A stretch of 64,000 nt of DNA, from IMG/VR virus record IMGVR_UViG_3300042889_001503, positions 208,438 through 272,437 of that record. The stretch is one strand, 5' to 3'. The notes under the pieces are model-generated. The model made no database searches and had not been told where the DNA came from. It worked only from the letters and a program-made list of their open reading frames with translations. Each line of letters begins with the position of its first letter. Position 1 is the first letter of the stretch. Shown in pieces: positions 18,166 through 26,991 of this stretch. The position numbers and the translations under genes are program-made.

Positions 18166-18342
18166 ATGGAAGAATTAACATTATTAGAAGCGTTATGTAT
18201 TGTGAGAACAGGTTTTGCCACAGAGGAGGAAAAACAACTTCTTTTTATGGCGGAAGATGTTATACAACAGGAAAGTAGAAGGTTACACTTAATATATAGA
18301 AAAGCGTTAATAGAAAACGAACTAAAACAAATAAATAAATAA
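18166..18342 (+). CDS. Small hypothetical protein
   Basis: Manual ORF of 58 aa MEELTLLEALCIVRTG. Confidence 0.55.
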   Translation: MEELTLLEALCIVRTGFATEEEKQLLFMAEDVIQQESRRLHLIYRKALIENELKQINK

Positions 18343-18346
18343 TACT

Positions 18347-18970
18347 ATGGAATTAATAGAATCGTTACAGTGGAGATATGCCACCAAGAAAATGAATGGG
18401 GACAAAATCCCACAAGATAAATTAGAAAGAATCTTAGAGGCGACAAGATTGGCTCCGAGTTCATATGGGTTAACACCGTATCAGGTAATCGTGGTGGAGG
18501 ACCAAGAATTAAAGGAGAGATTGGTGGGAGCTTGTTACGGACAAACTCAATTAAAGGATTCATCAGCTGTATTGGTATTTGCGGTGTGGGACGAGATTAC
18601 TGAATGGGCGGTGGAGAATTATATCAATGATATTGCAAACCAAAGAAATATCCCGGTAAATGTATTAGAGGATTTCAAAGGAATGATGATAGGGACAATC
18701 TCCAATATGACGGAGGAACAAAAACAAACGTGGGCTCAGAAACAAACGTATATAGGATTAGGATTCTCATTAGTAGCATCAGCAGTAGAAGGTGTGGATT
18801 CAACTCCAATGGAGGGATTCTTACCTAATAAAGTAGATGAGGTATTAGGATTAAGAGAATTAGGATTAAAGTCTACATTAGTTCTTACATTAGGATATAG
18901 AGATACAGAAGGAGATTCATTATCTACAATGAAGAAGATAAGAAGAGATAATCTATTCATCAGAAAATAA
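18347..18970 (+). CDS. NAD(P)H-dependent nitroreductase family protein
   Basis: WRYATKK, RLAPSSYG, DSTPMEGF, LTLGYR. Confidence 0.9.
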   Translation: MELIESLQWRYATKKMNGDKIPQDKLERILEATRLAPSSYGLTPYQVIVVEDQELKERLVGACYGQTQLKDSSAVLVFAVWDEITEWAVENYINDIANQRNIPVNVLEDFKGMMIGTISNMTEEQKQTWAQKQTYIGLGFSLVASAVEGVDSTPMEGFLPNKVDEVLGLRELGLKSTLVLTLGYRDTEGDSLSTMKKIRRDNLFIRK

Positions 18971-18981
18971 TAGATAGAAAG

Positions 18982-19010
18982 AACCTCACCAATTAAAGGT
19001 GGGGTTTTTT
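18982..19010 (+). terminator. Intrinsic terminator
   Basis: AACCTCACC/GGTGGGGTT plus T-run. Confidence 0.75.
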
Positions 19011-19019
19011 ATTATAAGA

Positions 19020-19800
19020 TAAAATACTAAACGATAAATCTATTCGTTCATAGTCCTACACTCCGTTCCGGAATTCACTCATAGTTTCATCCTTTACTAT
19101 TTTCTTATGTATAAGAAATCCATTTATTTATACACGTCAACTTCCATATGTATAAAAAACTCAATAATTTATACATAACAGTTTACAGTTTACTATAAAC
19201 AGTCAATAGTAAACAATCCCCCCACTTATACCGGGGGAACAGAGTTCCCCCCTCTGAAGAAGGGGACAATAAAGGGACACGATTAGTTATCCGGTATGGT
19301 GTTCATTATTAATGAATGTTCATTTGCAATGAACAATAAGATTAAATGAACATTGTAATGGATATTACGGTAACTTGTATTACGGTATCGATTAAAAAGT
19401 TATGTTTTGTATCAATACAGTCAGTTTTAAACTCACAAGAGTGATACGAAACATAAGTTTTAATGGTATTTTGTGTCTCTATGGTGTCCCATATATAAAT
19501 CATTTAGTTCGTCCATTGTAGGGTATTTAATTGTCCCCTAACGGTTCGTTGAAGTAATCTTCCTAACACCTAACGGTTCCCACGCATCATACACCATTAC
19601 TGACATTTATCGCTGGGAAACACCTATAGTAAAATAATTAGTCCTGAGAGTATCGTCAGGGGGAAAAAATTGACTTCTCACTATGCTGGAACACAATAAT
19701 GGTGGGAGAAAGTGGTAAACTAAGGTAAGTCTGTGGTATTAAAAGGGGGAAAAGGATTATCCCCAATGACGAAAGAGACTGACATTTTGTCAAAAACAAG
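19020..19800. other. Long structured intergenic region (candidate ncRNA or replication origin)
   Basis: No ORF of 60 aa or more; several inverted repeats and duplicated motifs. Confidence 0.45.
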
Positions 19801-19817
19801 AATTTTAACATAAAAAG

Positions 19818-19889
19818 TTATTAACAATTCCCCCTGACAGTGTTGATAAGTGGATTGTTGATAACTATATTTAGAAAAAGTTATTAACA
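19818..19889. promoter_or_regulatory. Cluster of four DnaA-box-like 9-mers
   Basis: TTATTAACA (19818, 19881) and TGTTGATAA (19841, 19856). Confidence 0.5.
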
Positions 19890-19892
19890 ATT

Positions 19893-20186
19893 ATGGTACC
19901 AAAACAATACTTAACCGGATTTACCCCTACTGTCAGTGTGTCAGGTGATACATATATAGTGGATTATGAGATAGGGGAATGTGTATACACCTATTCGAGG
20001 GTGGGGAAAAGAATAAAACAGGAGGTCCTTCAACTTATCAAATGTGATATGTGGAAGGTGATTACATTAATTAATGAGGACAACCAATTAGACGAGGGGG
20101 ATTATAGGGATATCAATATGGAAATCCGGAATCATTCCCTACGTTATGTGACTGAGTTTATAAATGGTCAGAGTCTTCATCTATAA
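19893..20186 (+). CDS. Hypothetical protein
   Basis: 97 aa ORF. Confidence 0.55.
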   Translation: MVPKQYLTGFTPTVSVSGDTYIVDYEIGECVYTYSRVGKRIKQEVLQLIKCDMWKVITLINEDNQLDEGDYRDINMEIRNHSLRYVTEFINGQSLHL

Positions 20187-20637
20187 TAGTTCTCTTCCAC
20201 CACTTCAGGAACTTGTTATCCGGAGAAAGGTGGGGGATGATAAGTTTGTCTATCAATATCATTATGATGGATAGAGAACCCATTACCATTAGGAAGATTA
20301 AAAATGTCAACATAGTTTATATTATTAAGAGTTACCGGTGATAATCACCGTCAATTAGTAAAGATACAAATAAATTATGACATTCTCAACAAAAGGGGGG
20401 ATTGTTTAATAATAATATTAAATAAAAAAAATAAACCCTTAGTGTGATTATGAGATTCGTAATAAAATGGGGGATTTATATAAAAAATATAAAGCAGGTT
20501 GGAGTCTACTCTTCCACCACTCGGTCCGCCCCCTGTCGGGTTGATTACCGATTCAGTGATACAAATATACGACTAATAATTTACACCACCAAACAAAACC
20601 GGGGATTATTTAATATTATTTCAATATATTTATCTGT

Positions 20638-21120
20638 ATGGCAAAAGAAGAAACACCAAAGGACATTACCCCAAAGAAAAGAAGGGGAATAGATATTGCA
20701 GTCAATGGACTAAGAAAGACATATCCATTTGTAATAGGGTATGAGGATGACCCGGGAGACCAATACGCAGCATCACACTACATTGATTTAATAATAGACC
20801 TACAGAAACTATCTGACTATATGGATGTTCCTGTTAATCCCTATTGGGTGAACTTCGCAAGTCATCCGGACTATAGAAGGATATACTCCTTATGGTCCTA
20901 CCTGAAGTTCCCCGAGGAAATTGAGGTTACATATGATAGAGACATATCAAACCATCCCGGATATAAATTGGGGAAGGATGTAATCTATCTACTTGAATCT
21001 ATATATGAATACATCCCCGAGGAATACAAACTGTTCTATGAGTTCACCTCTGAGTTTGCCCCCGACAAACCTATGACACTCCCCGTGACTCTAAAGGTTA
21101 ACGGATACATTATGACATAA
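20638..21120 (+). CDS. Hypothetical protein
   Basis: 160 aa; TATTTAT at 20627-20633. Confidence 0.65.
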   Translation: MAKEETPKDITPKKRRGIDIAVNGLRKTYPFVIGYEDDPGDQYAASHYIDLIIDLQKLSDYMDVPVNPYWVNFASHPDYRRIYSLWSYLKFPEEIEVTYDRDISNHPGYKLGKDVIYLLESIYEYIPEEYKLFYEFTSEFAPDKPMTLPVTLKVNGYIMT

Positions 21121-21125
21121 GGTCA

Positions 21126-21192
21126 TGTTCATAACCTGTTGATAACTTCTTATCATAAGTTATTAACAACTGTCACCCTGTCATGTTGATAA
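21126..21192. promoter_or_regulatory. Second cluster of four DnaA-box-like 9-mers
   Basis: TGTTCATAA 21126, TGTTGATAA 21137 and 21184, TTATTAACA 21160. Confidence 0.5.
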
Positions 21193-21214
21193 CTTTATTT
21201 GGATATATCGAATA

Positions 21215-21500
21215 CACTCCCTACCCCCCTATAATTACATAGGGGGTTTTTTTGACCCCTCCCCGGTAAACACCCCCCATACCCCCTCCCTTACTACCGT
21301 GGGGGTATCCCCCCTCCCCTCCCTCCCCCTATAATAGTCCAAATAGGGGGGATAATCCCTTCTGCAACGTCTAAGGGTAAAAAAAACTTTATATGAAAAT
21401 CGTTTTAAAATTTCTAAAAAAATTTTTGGGAAAAAATCCCCCCAATTAATGGGGTGTCCGGATAGTGAAAAAAAATTTTTGGAAAAATTTGGTGGGAATT
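21215..21500. repeat. Poly-C/poly-G island with G-quadruplex-type motif and A/T tracts
   Basis: CCCCCCTCCCCTCCCTCCCCC at 21309-21329; two CCCCCTAT...ATAGGGGG hairpins; AAAAAATTTTT tracts. Confidence 0.7.
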
Positions 21501-21532
21501 ATGGAATGTATTATCTTTGTAAAAAATAAGAT

Positions 21533-21781
21533 ATGGGAAAAGAAACGGTTGAGCAGGGGTTTGATAGAATATACGATTCAATGGATTTTACTGAATTTTG
21601 TTTTCCTTCATTTAAGTTGGGGGTTAAATGGGAACAAGAACAAAATGGTTTAACTATGGATGAGGGGATTGACTTTGGTAAGGAGTTATCTAAATGGGGT
21701 TACAATAAGGGTAATTCAATTGATGTTGAGATTTTGGTTAATGAGATACTTCCGGATTTATTCAAACAATTTAATAAATAA
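21533..21781 (+). CDS. Hypothetical protein
   Basis: 82 aa; TATCTTTG at 21512-21519. Confidence 0.65.
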   Translation: MGKETVEQGFDRIYDSMDFTEFCFPSFKLGVKWEQEQNGLTMDEGIDFGKELSKWGYNKGNSIDVEILVNEILPDLFKQFNK

Positions 21782-21784
21782 GAT

Positions 21785-22540
21785 ATGAGAAATATATTTT
21801 TAATCCCCACTTCAATGGAGAGTAGATTGTGGAGGGATTTGGATTCCAATAAATTGACGTTTGAAAATTTATCGAAACCCAATAGTAATGAATGTACCAA
21901 GTGTTCCAATGAGTATGTGTATATTACCTCTGATGAGAAATTTGTTAGAGATGAATATATAACTGATGGACTTGAGGTAATTAAGGCAACACCAAAGTTG
22001 GTTGATGCTCAAGGATTGGTTAATAGAAGAGAATGGAAGAAAATCGTTATGACCAATGACTTGGAATTAACTGAGAATGGTATTCAACAGATTGGGGATT
22101 TATTTTTCCGATGGTTTGTTTTGAATCCTACCTGTGAGGAAGTTGAGATTGGTAAAACCAATAAACTCCTTGATGTATATGAGGACAAGTGGGAAGTGAG
22201 ATATCACATTTACGATATACACGAGAAACCGAAAAAGAATTTCTATTGTGGGGATGAGGTTGACTATGGGGAACAGTGTGACTTTCAATGTGAGAGATGT
22301 GTTAATTGTACCGGAGTTGATTATGGATATCTTCCAAAGGAGGATTTGGGTTATACCACTAAGATTGGGATTAAGGTTGTCGATGGTATGGTTAGACCTC
22401 TTATGGTTCCAAAGAAATATTTTGGTGAAGTTGAACATATACATTATAGTTCGGTATTTGATTGGTTATCTAAAAAGGATTACCTATCTGATAAACGAGA
22501 AGATATACAGAGAGAGTTTGAACAATACTTAAATAAATAA
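21785..22540 (+). CDS. Hypothetical phage protein
   Basis: 251 aa; Cys cluster CDFQCERCVNC. Confidence 0.7.
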   Translation: MRNIFLIPTSMESRLWRDLDSNKLTFENLSKPNSNECTKCSNEYVYITSDEKFVRDEYITDGLEVIKATPKLVDAQGLVNRREWKKIVMTNDLELTENGIQQIGDLFFRWFVLNPTCEEVEIGKTNKLLDVYEDKWEVRYHIYDIHEKPKKNFYCGDEVDYGEQCDFQCERCVNCTGVDYGYLPKEDLGYTTKIGIKVVDGMVRPLMVPKKYFGEVEHIHYSSVFDWLSKKDYLSDKREDIQREFEQYLNK

Positions 22541-22549
22541 TATTGATAT

Positions 22550-22578
22550 ACCCCCGCTTATGTAGTTGGGGGTTTTTT
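22550..22578 (+). terminator. Intrinsic terminator
   Basis: ACCCCC/GGGGGT plus T-run. Confidence 0.65.
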
Positions 22579-22635
22579 ATTTGACATTGGGGATATAATT
22601 GATTATTCTTTAATTCCATAAGGTATATAACAATT

Positions 22636-23043
22636 ATGGTAAAAACAAAATCAATTTCGTTTCTCAAATACAATAGGTTTGAGTTCGGAGAACAAATCGT
22701 TAGTCAATTCGTGGTCTTTGAATGTAAGTGGCTATTCTCAATCATCTTCTTTTATTTTCATAAATCTCTTGGTAGTCAGGATAGGTTTCATACCCACGCT
22801 TTTAACGCGTGGTCTGTAAAACTGTTTGGGGGATATGATGAGCACATCTTGGATGACGAGGTTGGTGGGGAATATCATATTGTTAGACGTGAGAAGGTCT
22901 TGGTTTACTTCCCCCGGGATTCGTATCATCGGATATCTAATAGTGATGGATGTATGACGGTATTGTTCTCGGGTCCTTGGAAAAAGACTTGGAAGGAATA
23001 TGTTAATGGGGAAGTTGTTCACTACGGTTGGGGTCGGGAATGA
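22636..23043 (+). CDS. Cupin-like protein
   Basis: FHTHAF...GYDEH...DSYHRI metal-binding His pattern. Confidence 0.55.
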   Translation: MVKTKSISFLKYNRFEFGEQIVSQFVVFECKWLFSIIFFYFHKSLGSQDRFHTHAFNAWSVKLFGGYDEHILDDEVGGEYHIVRREKVLVYFPRDSYHRISNSDGCMTVLFSGPWKKTWKEYVNGEVVHYGWGRE

Positions 23044-23054
23044 CGGACCTCTGA

Positions 23055-23096
23055 CCACCCGAACTCCCTCCGGTCGTATTCAAATCCCCCCGCCCC
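23055..23096 (+). repeat. 42-bp dispersed GC-rich repeat, copy 1
   Basis: CCACCCGAACTCCCTCCGGTCG-TA-TTCAAATCCCCCCGCCCC. Confidence 0.9.
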
Positions 23097-23165
23097 CTTT
23101 TTTTGAAAAAATATTTGTTAATATAAACTTTTTATATTATCTTTGTGGTATTAAAATAAACTACT

Positions 23166-24242
23166 ATGATAAATCAGGAATTATTGGCTGAGGCAACAAA
23201 TAAATTTAAGACATCGAATGACGACATTAAGTTAGAGGGGAATATTATTGACCTATTGATGAAATGTTATATTAAGTATGACCCATCAAAGAGGGGGAAT
23301 ACTCTTCAGAAGTTGATTATCGAATATTTGGGTAAAGACGTTCTTACGATTCCGGCTACTTGGAACTGTGGGGACTTTGCGTTGGGTGTAGAATCATTCA
23401 AGGGGAATAAGTTATTGAGTAAGATTTTAAAGAAATTGGATTATATCATTGGGGAGACTAAGGTTAAGGATTCTAAATCTATGATAAAGATGAGAAATGA
23501 CATTATTCAAAGATTCTTTGAAATTGTTTCAACCTTCTATGAGATTAAGACATCTTATTTGAATGATAAGGGTTCCTACACAATTGGGAACATTAGGACA
23601 TATCAGAATTATCACAACTTGATTGTTTTATTGGTTGACTGTGAGGATTCGTTTAATTATAAACTTCTTTCAATTCCGAAGGAGGATTTAAAGGAGTTTA
23701 AGATGCACCACCAACACGGAACTAAGGAATCTAACAATGATACAAAGAACCCCCATTTATCGTTTCACGTTAAGAAGGGTTCTGATATTGAAGATAGTTT
23801 AAAGAAGTGGGAGTTACCGGGAGGTTTTGAGGGATTGAACAAGGTATGTAAGATTCAAAGTAGTAAAGTTCGTAGAAATAGTTCAAAGTTGACAAAGGAA
23901 CAATATGATTACATCATAAATGATGAGGTTAAGTTATTCTTTAGTGAACGTGGTTTTGAGGATTATGTAATTGACAATGAGATTGACATTATTCCGTATA
24001 TCTACAAGAAATTCCGTAACATTAAGAAAAGTTCATATAGTAGAGGGGAATCTTATTGGGAGAATGACATGGGTGAGGTTTTATTTTATTATCAGAACCG
24101 GTCTTACATTGTATATGATAGTGTACTTGAGGATATATCTGAAAAGTTTAATTTAACTTATAAGGATGTTATGAATTATCTATCCGTATATTTTGATTTG
24201 AGGTATCCTAATTTGAAACACTATCAGGTTTTGGAGAATTAG
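23166..24242 (+). CDS. Putative PD-(D/E)xK nuclease-like protein with C-terminal WF-like domain
   Basis: CGDFAL...YEIKTS; TATCTTTG at 23138-23145. Confidence 0.45.
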   Translation: MINQELLAEATNKFKTSNDDIKLEGNIIDLLMKCYIKYDPSKRGNTLQKLIIEYLGKDVLTIPATWNCGDFALGVESFKGNKLLSKILKKLDYIIGETKVKDSKSMIKMRNDIIQRFFEIVSTFYEIKTSYLNDKGSYTIGNIRTYQNYHNLIVLLVDCEDSFNYKLLSIPKEDLKEFKMHHQHGTKESNNDTKNPHLSFHVKKGSDIEDSLKKWELPGGFEGLNKVCKIQSSKVRRNSSKLTKEQYDYIINDEVKLFFSERGFEDYVIDNEIDIIPYIYKKFRNIKKSSYSRGESYWENDMGEVLFYYQNRSYIVYDSVLEDISEKFNLTYKDVMNYLSVYFDLRYPNLKHYQVLEN

Positions 24243-24250
24243 ATATATTG

Positions 24251-24282
24251 AACCCCCCGCTTTTATTGGTTGGGGGTTTTTT
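24251..24282 (+). terminator. Intrinsic terminator
   Basis: AACCCCC/GGGGGTT plus T-run. Confidence 0.65.
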
Positions 24283-24322
24283 ATTTGAAATTAATTGTTT
24301 ATACTTAAGAAAAAAAGTTATT

Positions 24323-24748
24323 ATGAAAAAGTTATTGTTATTATTTGCTCTGTTGTTGATGATTGGGTGTAATATGCCTGTTTATAAAACATATCACACA
24401 GATAAAATTTATTTAAGACAATTGGTGAATCGTGATGTTACGGAAACTCATACTTCGGGTTCGTTCTTTTTGATTGCCGGTTCGGTTAGTTCGGATAGTG
24501 AAACCCAAACTGTTATAAAAGTTATGGGTGAGGTTAATGGTGAATATCGTTTTATGCAATTTGATTTTACTAAAGCAAGAATCAAAATTGATAATAAGGT
24601 CACCACCCCATATATTGTTTTGAATTATGTGGACGATGAAAATAAATCAGTTGATTACTTATTGGAATACGATTACAACGTAAAGTCCGTTACCATTATT
24701 TGTCCGGAACAATATTTACCTGAGAAATTATTACCAATTCAAATATAG
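24323..24748 (+). CDS. Putative lipoprotein
   Basis: MKKLLLLFALLLMIGC lipobox-type signal; track start 24248 lies in the terminator. Confidence 0.65.
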   Translation: MKKLLLLFALLLMIGCNMPVYKTYHTDKIYLRQLVNRDVTETHTSGSFFLIAGSVSSDSETQTVIKVMGEVNGEYRFMQFDFTKARIKIDNKVTTPYIVLNYVDDENKSVDYLLEYDYNVKSVTIICPEQYLPEKLLPIQI

Positions 24749-24755
24749 AGATATT

Positions 24756-25205
24756 ATGGAAAACGAAGATAATATAATAAACCTTGCCAACTTTTATGAT
24801 GGACCTTATGGTGGTGTTCCATCTCGGATTGCAACACCTCAACCCACCTTTAATGAGTTCCCGGATAACAAGGAAATTGATGTCCCCGAAAAATTAAAGG
24901 ATGTTGTTAAGAAGATGTGTCCCGAGATTTTGAATATTGTTTCGGTTGGGTATAGAGAACAAACTGTTTATAACCCTATGAACTTTGAACCGGTATACAA
25001 GTATTTGGTTGGTGTTGATTTATATTTTGATAATCATAATGGAATGAAAAAAGGTAAACACGAATATAGTAAGGAAATTGATGATTATTTTAAAATGACA
25101 TACGGTAGTGAGATGGATTTTATATCCTTTCACGTTCAGTCATTTATCTTTCCCCCCGAGAAGACCACTAAGGACAAGTTCTTTGAGTTGTTTGGTAAGG
25201 TGTAA
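24756..25205 (+). CDS. Hypothetical protein
   Basis: 149 aa ORF. Confidence 0.65.
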   Translation: MENEDNIINLANFYDGPYGGVPSRIATPQPTFNEFPDNKEIDVPEKLKDVVKKMCPEILNIVSVGYREQTVYNPMNFEPVYKYLVGVDLYFDNHNGMKKGKHEYSKEIDDYFKMTYGSEMDFISFHVQSFIFPPEKTTKDKFFELFGKV

Positions 25206-25207
25206 CC

Positions 25208-25249
25208 CCACCCGAACTCCCTCCGGTCGATTTCAAATCCCCCCGCCCC
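25208..25249 (+). repeat. 42-bp dispersed GC-rich repeat, copy 2
   Basis: CCACCCGAACTCCCTCCGGTCG-AT-TTCAAATCCCCCCGCCCC; 2 differences from copy 1. Confidence 0.9.
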
Positions 25250-25292
25250 TTTTATTTTGGAGTTGGGGGATATTTATTATAAAAGATATATT

Positions 25293-25625
25293 ATGTTTTC
25301 AGCAGGTGGAGTTTATGTAATGGTAGCAGGAATCCTATTGGGATTAGCTGTTATAGGTGGGTCAGTTTATTATGTTAATAAAATGTTTGCTGATAACACT
25401 CAGGAAATATTGGTTCGGTTTATTTTATTAATATTCACCTCATTGGTTGCGTTATTTATTGTTGATAAGGTAATTGCTTGGCAGGTTAAACTATTGAGTG
25501 ATGAGCAGAATGGGCAATTATTTGATTTGATTAAAACATTGGTGTTAATGATATTCTCGTATTACTTTGGAACTAAAGAAGGAGTTGAAACCAATGGTGA
25601 CCAAAATAAGAAAGATAAAGAATGA
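25293..25625 (+). CDS. Small 3-TM membrane protein (holin-like topology)
   Basis: Three hydrophobic segments, FSYYFGTK end motif, charged tail; TATTTAT at 25271-25277. Confidence 0.5.
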   Translation: MFSAGGVYVMVAGILLGLAVIGGSVYYVNKMFADNTQEILVRFILLIFTSLVALFIVDKVIAWQVKLLSDEQNGQLFDLIKTLVLMIFSYYFGTKEGVETNGDQNKKDKE

Positions 25626-25927
25626 AAATTATTATAACAGAAGAACAGTATGGTAGAATGTTTAATTCCAAACTTTGGTTAAGACGTAACTATGATTTGG
25701 TTAAACAGGAGTTGAAGGCTACAATGGACTTCACCCGGGACCGTATCTGTGATAAAGATGAATTTGAAAATTTTGAATATTATTTCTTCTCCGTGTTTAT
25801 GGATTGCCTTCACCCTTATTATTATGAGGAAGAGAATTTTGATTATAAGGAATTTCAAACCACGTTAACTGATATGTTCTATGTTGAATGTACCGAGTTT
25901 TATTTTAACGGTAGAGAGAAATGTTAA
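25622..25927 (+). CDS. Leader-bearing hypothetical protein
   Basis: MKIIITEEQ; C-terminal half similar to ORF 26643. Confidence 0.75.
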   Translation: MKIIITEEQYGRMFNSKLWLRRNYDLVKQELKATMDFTRDRICDKDEFENFEYYFFSVFMDCLHPYYYEEENFDYKEFQTTLTDMFYVECTEFYFNGREKC

Positions 25928-25961
25928 CACCCCTTTTAAAGTTAAGGGATATTTATTTGAT

Positions 25962-26327
25962 ATGAGAATTATTATAACAGAAAGTAAATTTAAAAGTATG
26001 GTTACCAAAATGGTTGGGTATGATTTATCCCACCGTATTGAGATGATTACAAGTTGGGAGAATTTAACCGGTTCGGAAAAACATAATGTATTTGGTGATA
26101 ATAAATCTATTTTTGTTCAGTATCAAAACCATTATGGTCCGATGTATATATTTTCAAATTTTAAAGGACATAATTATTTGGCTCAAAATCAAAAAGGTAA
26201 ACTATGGTTTATTGTTGATACAAGTACTGGATACGAAATAGATTACTATGATTTTTTACAAATGCTTAATCTTGATATGACGGGTATTAGTTTAAGAAAA
26301 ATAATCGATGAATTTGCTGAAGAATGA
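25962..26327 (+). CDS. Leader-bearing hypothetical protein
   Basis: MRIIITESK after TATTTAT 25950-25956; track start 25881. Confidence 0.75.
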   Translation: MRIIITESKFKSMVTKMVGYDLSHRIEMITSWENLTGSEKHNVFGDNKSIFVQYQNHYGPMYIFSNFKGHNYLAQNQKGKLWFIVDTSTGYEIDYYDFLQMLNLDMTGISLRKIIDEFAEE

Positions 26328-26662
26328 AAATAATAATTACAGAAAGTAAAGTTGGGCAAGTAAAAAATTTAGTACAAGAAATTATTGATGATGAGTTAAA
26401 TAACTTACGTCAAGAGGCTGATGAAGAGTGGGGTTTGGGTGAAATGGATGAGATAAATGAGGTTGGTTCTGTTGAAAAGATTGTTGTTGATGAAATAAAA
26501 ACAACTGATGGTATTAGTGTTAATGTCAATCTTTATTTAAACACAGATAGAGAAGATTTTGAAATAATTTTACCAATGATTGAATATACTATTGAGCAAT
26601 GGATTCCTAATGCTAAAATTCATATAAACAAAATATATCTAAATGAAAATAATAATTACTGA
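26324..26662 (+). CDS. Leader-bearing acidic hypothetical protein
   Basis: MKIIITESK. Confidence 0.75.
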   Translation: MKIIITESKVGQVKNLVQEIIDDELNNLRQEADEEWGLGEMDEINEVGSVEKIVVDEIKTTDGISVNVNLYLNTDREDFEIILPMIEYTIEQWIPNAKIHINKIYLNENNNY

Positions 26663-26963
26663 GAGACAGAATAATTTATTGATGGAGGATTTACCCATTA
26701 GTCTTCGTAGACGAATTAATTATAATATTCTTAAAGACCATTTGGATTTTTCCATATTAGAATCCGTTAATCCTTGTGATTATAGTACATTAGGGGATTT
26801 TATTGGTGAGATGTGTGATATGATGGTTGTGGATTTTTTAGATGATTTTGAATATGATAGCGGTCTAAAAGTTAGTCCAAAAGATAAAGATGATTTTTAT
26901 TATTTTATGACTGATAATTTTGCTGATTACCTTCAAGAATTTTATGATAAACAATGTGCGTAA
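26643..26963 (+). CDS. Leader-bearing acidic hypothetical protein
   Basis: MKIIITERQNNLLMED. Confidence 0.75.
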   Translation: MKIIITERQNNLLMEDLPISLRRRINYNILKDHLDFSILESVNPCDYSTLGDFIGEMCDMMVVDFLDDFEYDSGLKVSPKDKDDFYYFMTDNFADYLQEFYDKQCA

Positions 26964-26991
26964 CCGATATATTTATATTAAAACAAATTAT

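Noticed and set aside
23070-23100. tRNA gene or tRNA-derived att site (TTCAAATCC T-loop-like)
   Set aside because: No T-stem pairing, no cloverleaf and no CCA; at most a degenerate echo.
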